Positions 51,003 to 60,679 of a DNA stretch of 64,000 nucleotides are shown piece by piece (the first letter of the stretch is position 1; each line of letters starts with the position of its first letter). The notes beneath the pieces are model-generated. The model searched no databases. It was not told the origin of the DNA and saw nothing but the letters and a program-made list of their open reading frames with translations. A program made the translations under genes and the position numbers. The stretch is from the NCBI GenBank assembly GCA_950097015.1, contig CATNEN010000008.1, positions 4,402,001 to 4,466,000 of the forward strand, in the 5' to 3' direction. This stretch comes from Macrostomum hystrix (Eukaryota; Animalia; Platyhelminthes).

Positions 51003-54000
51003 GCTTTAAGGCATAAAAAATCAACAGCAACCAGGGAGACGGCTCCCTCTACAGCTTCAGCGAAGCGGCCCCTGGACATCATCAGTGAGCGGATTCTGGA
51101 TTCTGACGTGCTGCGCCAGATGCCTAAAGTGCCACGGGTGGTACACAGTTCTAAAGGTGAGGAGTGACGACTCTCTGATGCAGACCAGCCAAATCATTTA
51201 ATAGCCAATTTAATCATTTTAATGCATATCGTTCCACTGCTTGCGCCTTTGTTGCAGATCCGCTGCGACCTGTAAAACCCAACTCAGATGAGTATCATAA
51301 CGATATCGGCTGCATCATAGCGCGCAGCTTCCTAGAGAAGGAACTGATTAGCCAGTTCAATGTTGTCACCGCCTACAGAATTGTTAACTGGCACTTGCAG
51401 GAAAAGGTAGGGATTGATTAGTTCCTCCTAGTCATAGACAGCTTGACACCTGATATCCCGCTTATTTCACTTTTTCTTCTACTGGCTTCAGTAGCATCAT
51501 CGAGTTTTGATGCAAAAATATAAACCTTAACTTACGCGATTCTTCATTTGCGCAGTTCAAAGCCAAGAAGGCAGAGATTCAGGCGGCTATAGCGGAAGAA
51601 AGCACCGACGATCCAAAGGTCATCGTCAAGCAGGAGGTGCGGCACGGATTTCTCTACCTGGCGCCTGGAAAGAACGCTTTTAAACAGGTACAACAGTTGG
51701 CCGAATCCGGTGTACAACGCGGCAACCTGCCCGACTCTACTCTGGCTGTCGGCACTGACGGCGTCTCCCTCAGCCGGCACGCCGATCGGAGCTCGCCTAG
51801 CAGCGGCCTGGCCGAGAGTGGCTGGCTAGTTGTCTGTCGCTACATTCCCGGCCGCACCCATCGCTGGACGGAGGGCGGCAGCGTGGTTGAGCCGCAGCCT
51901 AATTATGATAGCCACGAAAGCATGCGCTACTCGTGCCCTTTAGAAACAGGCGAGATTAGAAGGGTCAGCTTAACCGCCAGCTTTCACAGCAGCCAAGTAT
52001 TCCTATTTGAATATGGACCAGATCAGGAGCTAGTGGACTGTCCCAGGCATGTGCTGCCTGTGGCCGCGGTACAATTTGAGTTCACCGGAACGGTTAGTCT
52101 TGCGGGCACTCCGCAGTAGTTGTACACGGGTGTGGGTTTCTAATTGAATAGACATCAGATTGGTAGCTAAACAAAAAAAAGTAGTTTTAACGAGTAGGCA
52201 ATTTGTTAACTTAATTGGTAGTTTAGCAGTTAATAGTCGTTTGCAGGTTGCTAGACTCAAAAAAATCGCATATCATTTAGTTACCACAGCCGTCGTCAAC
52301 TATTGATGATGCCTGACCTCCTTCATCCTTGGTTAATAAAATGATTCCTAGAAAACGAATCGACTTGTTCCTAGGACCTCGGTGTTAATGCTGTCTGTTT
52401 TCTGGGCCCGAACTGTTTTTTGCCTTGTTCCCAAGCAAATTGGCTTAGCATCCTGCTGTCCTGTAATCTGGAGCTCGAAGCGATAGCAGAAAGTGACAGG
52501 CGGAGCTGAAATAAGTTGCCAAATCAAATAAATTTTTCTGTTGCAAAAAACGAAGCTAGAGAATTTTGCGACATTGCTGCTTTCTGTTATTTTTTGCTTG
52601 GAACTGCCGACTGAGTTACTAATGACTTTACTAATTACTAATGAGTTACTAATACCAATCCCCCACCTGTCAATTCCACCTGTCAATTTTAGATCCGGGA
52701 TCGCTGCCTGAAGCGGAAGGCTGGCCAGCCGCAGCAGCAACGCCAGACAAAGCACTCAGCGCCGCCGCCAACGATGCCTCAGCCGACGAAATCGCAACCG
52801 ACGCAGCCCGCTCAGCAGCAGCCACAGATGCCGCCGCCTACACTGAATGCATCAGACAAGGAGAACAACTCGATGGACCCGCCGATGACCTCGTCCTCCT
52901 CATCCTCATCGTCTCCCGAAGAAGCCAGGCAGCAGAAGCGCCGGCAGAGGCAGCCGCATCCTGACCGGCATCAGCTAGTGAAGCCTTTCAGCGGTAGCAA
53001 TCTGATTGGCGAAGTGCACCTGCCAGTCCTAGACGGCTGGTTCCTCAAGCTGGGCCTGGCCTCGCTGGAGCCTAGGCCGTGCGTCTTCCCATTCTTGCAG
53101 CTGGGGTCGAAGCCGGCCGCGTTCGCCTGCCGGATTGTTTGCGCCGCCGAGCTCGAGGCCTGCTTAGCCAATTGCGGCTCCCTGTCCATGGTTGACGAGA
53201 CCCCAGTATGCCGTCTGGCCAGTTCAACAGCCGGCTACGTCAGCTATCTGGCCGGCATGCTCCATCCGTGGTGCGCCAATCGGGCCCGGACCCTATTTCA
53301 GATGCTGGCAGCTCAGGGCCGCCTACTGGTGGCGCCGATAATGGAGCCCACCGACGGATGCGCCGCTCTGTGCTATCTAGTACCGACGGCGTCTACGCTG
53401 GCTACTAAGTTGCGCCTAAATGAGACCGCATGCCGGACTCTTGGCACGGGCACTATTCCCAACCTGGTGCATGTGCTCATCTGGCTGCCGAAGCCGCGCA
53501 GGCAGTTGTTGAGTAGCGTCGATACCGGCGCCCAATGGGAGCCCGTGTGTCAGAGCGCTCGCTATTACAATTATGAGGACTGCTTCAGCGGCCTGGCTGA
53601 TCGATTGCGCCTTGCTGCCGGGCAGCGACGGCGAGTGGCGGATGCGGTCGCAACACCGGCAGCGCCGGTACCGACCGCAGCTCTAGACCATCGAGATCCC
53701 AGGTTTCGTCCTGCGAATTCAAGGTTGTATGCAAATTTTGCAGCCTCGGCTTCACTCTCGACGTCATCTGGCGCTGGAGTGCCCGATTCACGTGCACCTG
53801 TTGCTTGCGCCTCTACACCTGTGCCAGTGTCTATAGCGACTACGGCTCCCGCTGTCACACCTGTGCCAGTGTCAATAGCGACTATGGCTCCCGCTGTTAC
53901 ACCTGTGCCAGTGGCTAAGGCGTCACCTGCCTCCACCGTCACACCTGTGCCAGTGTCAATAGTGACTACGGCTCCCGCTGTCACACCTGTGCCAGTGTCA

Positions 54001-56145
54001 ATAGCGACTATGGCTCCCGCTGTCACACCTGTGCCAGTGTCTAAGGCGTCACCTGCCTCCACCGTCACACCTGTGCCAGTGTCAATAGTGACTACGGCTC
54101 CCGCTGTCACACCTGTGCCAGTGTCAATAGCGACTATGGCTCCCGCTGTCACACCTGTGCCAGTGTCTAAGGCGTCACCTGCCTCCACCGTCACACCTGT
54201 GCCAGTGTCAATAGTGACTACGGCTCCCGCTGTCACACCTGTGCCAGTGTCAATAGCGACTATGGCTCCCGCTGTCACACCTGTGCCAGTGTCAATAGCG
54301 ACTATGGCTCCCGCTGTCACACCTGTGCCAGTGTCAATAGCGACTATGGCTCCCGCTGTCACACCTGTGCCAGTGTCTAAGGCGTCACCTGCCTCCACCG
54401 TCACTCCTGTGCCAGGGTCCAAGGCGTCACCTGCCTCCACCGTCACACCTTTGACAGGGTCTAAGGCATCACCTGCGTCCATCGTCGCACCTGTGCCAGG
54501 GTCTAAAGCGTCACCTGCCTCCACCGTCACACCTGTGCAAGGGCCTAAGGTTCTGACTGCCACAGCACCTGTGAACTCCGAGAAACTCTGCGCACCTACT
54601 GCCTCCGCTGCTTCGTCTGTAAATGGACCTAGGTTTTACAGCACACCTGCAGCCACCACTGCCAAAACTGTTCCAGTGCCAGACGCATGCAGCATATACA
54701 CACCAGCGGCTGCTACACTCCCTGCCACACCTGCCACATCAACAGCCACACCTGCGACACTCACTGCCACACCTGCTACATCAGCAGCCACACCTGCTAC
54801 ATCAACAGCCACACCTGCGACACTTACTACCACACCTGCTCCGTCAACAGACTCACCTGCTACATCAACAGCCACACCTGCGACACTTACTACCACACCT
54901 GCTCCATCAACAGACTCACCTGCTATACTCACTGCCTTTACTGATACATCAGCAGTCACACCTGCTACATCAGCAGCCACACCTGCTACATCAGCAGCCA
55001 CACCTGCTACATCAGCAGCCACACCTGCTACATCAGCAGCCACACCTGTTTACTGCACAGCAACACTTGCTGCATCTAAGGCCGCAACATATCTGTCTGA
55101 TGCCACACCTGTTGTGTCTTCCGTCGCGCCTGCTGAATCTTCTGCCTCTACAGCAATGCCTGCTACTTCTGCTTTCTCGGCCGCACCCCTGGCAGCTTCG
55201 GTTAAATTTATCGCCACATCTGGCCCAATGCCTACTGTGGTAGCCACAGGTGTGCCAGCACCCGACCAACCCGTTGGCGCTGGCATCTCAAGCCGCGGCG
55301 CTTGCAACAATCGGTACAGTCTTAGTGTCACGCGTGCTTACAATGCACATATCCTAAATCATTTAAATAGTTGGCAGATTAATTACCTATTTTATTTCAA
55401 TTGCAGGAGGTGCAGCAGGGACAGCGGCCGTACCAGCGGCAGCCGCAGCAGCAGCCAGTCAACTCATAAGAAATTTAAGCGCGAAGGTAGCCGCAGTCAC
55501 GGAAGCGGCGGCAGAATCAGTGACCGTCATCTTAATAGTGACAGCAGCCGCTATCACAGCAGCAACAGCCGCCGCCGACGACACCACACGAGCAGTAGTC
55601 ACAGAAGCGACAGAGACCGGCGGCGCAATATAAGCAGTAGGCGCAGCCGCAGCAGAAGTCGGACCAGCGACGAACGGCCTCACCGGGAGAGGCATCGACA
55701 GACCGAATCGTCGACGTCGCCTAGACCGCAGGATAATGAATACGACTTCGATTTCAGTGACGATCACCGAGACCGGAAAAGCAGCTTTATTTATCCGGCC
55801 CAGCCGCGGTCAGAGTCTAAGCGGAAATTTAGCATGATTGAGGCGCTGGAACAATTAAATGCAGAAGAAAGAGCTCAAGCAGATGAGATGCTTAACAAAC
55901 TTAATGCCTTCCTCATGAGCAAGCGTCGCCGCTTAAATGAAAGCCACTTGGCGTCGCCCAGTTCATCAGCCTCATCTAAGGCTGTCACAGTTGCTGCAGC
56001 CTCCGACAACAACGTCGCTGCTACCACCGACAATGCCGCTGCCACCGCCGCCTCCGCCGACAATGCTACCACCGCGACAGGCGGCACGGCCTACTCGGCA
56101 TTCTACCGACAAGATATCCTGGCCTTCTTAACTGATTCATTTTGA
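51003..56145 (+). CDS. TASOR: TASOR/FAM208A-like protein: DUF3715 pseudo-PARP, SPOC-like domain, Pro/Thr repeats, Arg/Ser-rich tail. Exons 51003-51156, 51258-51406, 51556-52092, 52693-55313, 55407-56145; 5' end uncertain
   Basis: The exons join with consistent phases (1, 0, 0, 2) and total 4200 nt. The spliced product has PLRPVKPNSDEY..IARSFLE..FNVVTAYRIVNWHLQEKFKAKKAEI, GFLYL, LAESGV, GVSLSRHAD, VEPQPNYDSHES and SQVFLFEYGPDQELVDCPRHVLPVAAVQF. These align with remembered human TASOR motifs (GSREFEDVVNILHSSYLE, AFLMV, ICEKGL, GVYLSRYAD, LDPTPKHECHVS, TQYYFYEYGFDELRRRPRHVCPYAVVSF). A candidate first exon, MKHHLSSYYSRLRHHFR|GTAAGT at 49285-49335, is phase-compatible but unproven. Confidence 0.85.
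53810..55050 (+). repeat. Coding tandem repeats in the TASOR-like gene: 42-bp units (VTPVPVSIATMAPA / VTPVPVSKASPAST) and 21-bp units (TPATSAA)
   Basis: In-frame repeats within the long exon, which stays open across them. Confidence 0.9.
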
Positions 56146-56209
56146 TGCCGCAGATCCAGACTTGCAGTGTAGATAATGCTCGAAATTAAATTGTCAATCA
56201 GAAATTCTT

Positions 56210-56215
56210 AATAAA
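56210..56215 (+). other. Probable polyadenylation signal of the TASOR-like gene
   Basis: AATAAA 65 nt after the TGA, followed by T-rich sequence. Confidence 0.5.
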
Positions 56216-56924
56216 ACATGAAGCTTTGTTTTGTCTTCCAAGCGCATTGTCCAGCTCTTGTCTATATATATGCCGTATTATTTCTTTCTTTTAGTCAGGG
56301 AAATCTACCCTTGCATGTATCGAGTTTCTTGTTTGTTAGTTTCTTGTTAAATTCTTAATTATTCTCACACGCCTCGTTTTTTGCTTCGGGTCTTTCTATC
56401 TCCGAATCTGCATTGCAACAAATTTGTCATAGTGAAGGTAAATGAAAACTGGTGCACTTTTTTTTATCAGTACTGCATCGTTTCGTTTGTTCTAGTAAAT
56501 CAGGTTGATATCTGTTTTGCTTAATCATGCTGGGAGAATATATTCAAAGTTAATTAATGCCAGATTGCTCAATTTAAGCTCTTATAATTGCGCAGGTAAT
56601 GCTAGAATTTATTGCTACTGCAGTTAAAAAAACAACATTCACTAACTTAGCCTTATTTCGTATCCCTATATGTAACCGTTATAATCAAACCTCTGTTCTC
56701 TTTAGCTATATAGAAATTACCATAATTTCGATTAATACTTAAAGCATTCTACATTTATAAAACCTTGCGTAAGCGCAGTACGAAATACATGTACCTTTGC
56801 CTTGCTCTTTGTCTTTAAATATTGCTTAAAATTGAGATAATTTTTGTACAATTGTATATGGCTTTTCAATTATGCTGCGTTTTTTTAAATCTACAACCAG
56901 ATCAATTCCATAGCACAAATGCTC

Positions 56925-57560
56925 AACAAAACAACTGCCTCACTCCAGACTCCGAAACTAAACACCCACCTCACTCCCAAACTTCAAAACGATGCAACCA
57001 CCTCACTCCCAGGCTAACAAAATAGTCACCCACCTCACTCCCAAACTTCAAAACTAAACAACCACCTCACTCCCAGGCTTACAAAATTGTCACCCACCTC
57101 ACTCCCAGGCTTACAAAATTTTCACCCACCTCACTCCCAGGCTTACAAAATTGTCACCCACCTCACTCCCAGGCTTACAAAAGTGTCACCCACCTCACTC
57201 CCAGGCTTACAAAAGTGTCACCCACCTCACTCCAAGACTTCAAAACGAAACAACCACCTCACTCCCAGGCTTACAAAATAGTCACCCACCTCACTCCCAA
57301 ACTTCAAAACTAAACAACCACCTCACTCCCAGGCTTACAAAATTGTCACCCACCTCACTCCCAGGCTTACAAAATTGTCACCCACCTCACTCCCAGGCTT
57401 ACAAAATTGTCACCCACCTCACTCCCAGGCTTACAAAATAGTCACCCACCTCACTCCCAGGCTTACAAAAGTGTCACCCACCTCACTCCCAGGCTTTCAA
57501 AAGTGTCACCCACCTCACTCCCAGACTTCAAAACTAATCAACCACCTCACTCCCAGACCC
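56925..57560. repeat. About 32-bp minisatellite (CACCCACCTCACTCCCAGGCTTACAAAATTGT) with an interleaved variant
   Basis: CACCTCACTCCC recurs every 32-33 nt. Confidence 0.95.
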
Positions 57561-58282
57561 CAAACTCTTTCAGTACACAGCGCACCCCATTTCCCAAGCG
57601 GCTGTTAGAAGTTAGTCTGCGCGATGTGTGTTTTTCATATACTCACTGCTTTTAATACCTACTCGTATAAATTTTCCGCCCAGTCATTGCCACGACAATG
57701 ACAAGTTATGCACCATATTCTCATGTTTTTATTTGTTGTTGCTATACTATTCTGTGAGCTTTTTGCTCCTTTGCTTATTTGTAAAACGCATCAAAGAGAA
57801 CTTATCACAAGCAGAGTGGAAAGTGCTTGACAATTGTGCATTTTTATTCGATAATTTGTTTAATTTGTTTGTCAGAATTCAAACCTGCAGGTTCAGTTGT
57901 CCTTTGTGCTTGGTTTTTATATTTTTATATTTTTTGTGTAAAAACTTGTTCCTATCTGCTGTTTTCATCTATCGATTATTAACTTTTCTTTCTCATAGTT
58001 ATACCTGTTTCTTCCGCGCTTTACAGAGTTATAATAAGCACACAATCAGTGCCTGATTGCGAGTAAATAAAAACATTTGTTCTGCCAAGTTTTCAGTTCT
58101 CAGTCAGTTTTCAGTCAGTGCGTCTATTACGATAACAATTTTTTGTTCGTGGTTCCAGACTTTTAGTTTAAATTTTTGGTTTTATGATTGTTAAAAAATC
58201 TAATTTTTATCTATCTACTTGGTATATTCTATCTTATTACGTTTGTTAAATGGGGGAAATTGTTCTCTGCTAAACGTTCTTT

Positions 58283-58701
58283 CCCGCTAAAAAATAGTGA
58301 TGTTTCTTTGGGTGATTCCAGGTGGAATCTGCGGTGTTTCCAGAAAAAGAAACAGCCGAACACTGGAAACATACCAATCGGATGATTCCATGCTTAGAAT
58401 CTACCCAACTGGGCGTTTTCTCGGTGCTTCTTGGTGGCGAAATGGAATCACCCAAAGAATCCTCCAGTTCGGAAGATTCCATGCTCAGAAACCGCCGAGG
58501 AATCGCCCGTAAATAATTCTCTGGTTGTCCCATGGGCCACTGGTTCGGGTAATTCTTCGGCGGTTTCCGCACAATTTACGGTTACATCGGCTGCTTCCTG
58601 GGTGGTTTCTTTAACTCTTGCGAGATAGTGGGGGTTTGGTAGATTCCACTCCTATTTTGCACAAAAAACCCGCCGAAGAAGCAGCCGAATTTTTTACAGG
58701 G
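58283..58701. mobile_element. 419-bp MITE (CMC/EnSpm-like), copy 2
   Basis: Same length and near-identical sequence as 32681-33099, flanked by TT on both sides (possible 2-bp TSD). Confidence 0.75.
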
Positions 58702-59197
58702 TTGCTGCTGGAGGGACATTTTTCGTTAGAACATCTCGTAGAGATTATTGACCAGGACACACTATTTAAATAATGTTCTTTAGATTCACCATATTTTCAG
58801 TTTAACTTCACTTTCACTTCAACTGATAAAAAATAAATTATAAAATGTATTTCTATTTCAATGTGCCATCAATCACGATAAATCTGGATTCATATATAAT
58901 AAGTATTCGGCGCATATATTCAATATGGGCAGCAGAAAAGCAAAGACTAGATTTTCGCATCGTAGTTAAGAATTAAAATAATAATATACTCGTAGTCTAA
59001 TAAGTATATAGACAGCACTCTTCTGTCGCTATAGCTCACTAAAAATGGCCAACGACGAGAATTGGACATTTTGAACACATGCAGCGTTTCAAGTTAAACG
59101 AGGCCTTGCTTTATGTGTGGGTTCTGTAGTGTTCTATTAGCTTGTTGTGTAGGGTATTTTGTAAAGCTTTTTTCTCGAGTGAGTGCGGTGTTTTGTA

Positions 59198-59676
59198 GTG
59201 CTATTTAGTGAGGTAGGTGTTTTCTGTTTTTGGAGTCTGTTGGGTGTTTTCTGCAGGGTTTGAGACGGATTTTCAACAGTAGAAAGACCTCGTGCTATTT
59301 AGTGAGGTAGGTGTTTTCTGTTTTTGGAGTCTGTTGGGTGTTTTCTGCAGGGTTTGAGACGGATTTTCAACAGTAGAAAGACCTCGTGCTATTTAGTGAG
59401 GTAGGTGTTTTCTGTTTTTGGAGTCTGTTGGGTGTTTTCTGCAGGGTTTGAGACGGATTTTCAACAGTAGAAAGACCTCGTGCTATTTAGTGAGGTAGGT
59501 GTTTTCTGTTTTTGGAGTCTGTTGGGTGTTTTCTGCAGGGTTTGAGACGGATTTTCAACAGTAGAAAGACCTCGTGCTATTTAGTGAGGTAGGTGTTTTC
59601 TGTTTTTGGAGTCTGTTGGGTGTTTTCTGCAGGGTTTGAGACGGATTTTCAACAGCAGAAAGACCTCGTGCTATTT
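59198..59676. repeat. 94-bp tandem repeat, five near-identical copies
   Basis: GTGCTATTT starts at 59198, 59292, 59386, 59480, 59574 and 59668. Confidence 0.97.
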
Positions 59677-60013
59677 CAAATGCCAACAATATTTCTTTTT
59701 TCTGTATCTCCTAAAATATTCAACCAATCGACATGAAACTCCAAATAACGGGCTAAAATTTTCCGCTCTATCCGATAAAACAACTTCCATAATGACAAAC
59801 ATTGACATCGTCAAGATATTCAACGATTCTAGTCGGGGAGTCAGGTGGCAAAATGCATTTAGGAAATAGTTTTCTGCTCAGAAAAATTTTATCACGGAAC
59901 CATGTCAGCTCCACAAACCATGTCAATCAGTAGTAGCGACTGATTGGGTCAGATAATCGAACCAATAAAGATTCGTCACAGAGGTTTGTACAGAGTCACG
60001 ACTCACGACTCAC

Positions 60014-60290
60014 GTCGGACGTCGGACTCACGACTTGAAGGTCGGGGGTTCGATTCCCGACTCCACTGGAACAATTTGCGTCCTTTAGCAAGACACTTAA
60101 CTCTACATTGCTTTAATTCACCCAGCTGTTAAATGGGTACCAGCATCAGCTGGGATAATTAAAGGTGGGTGTGGCGTCCCCCCAGTCCGTGGACTGAACA
60201 GCTGTACGCAGCCTTCAGATGCGCCGCGCATTAGCTGCGGCTGTGCTGTCGGCTGCACATCTGACCCAATTGGGGCAGGTGTAAAAAAAT
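60014..60290 (+). mobile_element. tRNA-derived CORE-like SINE, family B
   Basis: B box GGTTCGATTCCC, then GCGTCCTTTAGCAAGACACTTAACTCT...CACCCAGCTGTTAAATGGGTACC. It is the reverse complement of 21975-22251. Confidence 0.85.
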
Positions 60291-60470
60291 ACAGAGCAAT
60301 GGTAGTTGTCCTTGTCACCAGGGTCTTCGAATCGCTTGTCACCAGAATCGCTGAATATCTCGACGTTGCTGACTCGAAAGGCTTTGAAAGTTGGTTCATC
60401 TTGGAGGGTAGAAAATTTTGAGCCATGGTGGACTTCCACGAAAATCGGCCATTCGGTGTGGGAGCAATCT
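60291..60470 (-). pseudogene. Possible decayed LINE apurinic-endonuclease fragment, interrupted by the SINE
   Basis: Frameshifted minus-strand peptides MADFRGSPPW and LQDEPTFKAFRVSN...DNYHCSVFF loosely echo the APE GDFN..W, EPT..SN and SDH motifs. The resemblance is weak. Confidence 0.25.
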
Positions 60471-60679
60471 TGAAGAATCTATTATCCCGGGGGAAATAGC
60501 ATAGTCTTTCTACTGTTAAGGGTTTAGTAGCGGATGTTTTATAAATTGGCTTTAAGAGGGGGGTAAATGTTTTGTGGGGAGTGAGGTTGGTGTCAGATTA
60601 GGCTTGTTCTGCAGTAGCCACAAAAGTTCTAATAGAGGAACCGCATGTCTAAAGTCTCAGAAATTGCCATCAGATTCAC

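Noticed and set aside
53571-54563. 330-aa antisense ORF and other ORFs antisense to the bZIP, sacsin and TASOR-like exons
   Set aside because: They are shadow frames of GC-rich or repetitive coding sequence on the opposite strand.
56101-56145. YRQD match between the TASOR-like C-terminus and Periphilin's C-terminal helix (VYRQDCETF)
   Set aside because: The match is only four residues and the ORF stops nine codons later, too short for the Periphilin helical hairpin.
59198-59676. Regularly spaced repeats as a CRISPR array
   Set aside because: The units are contiguous and identical with no unique spacers, there are no cas genes, and the context is eukaryotic.
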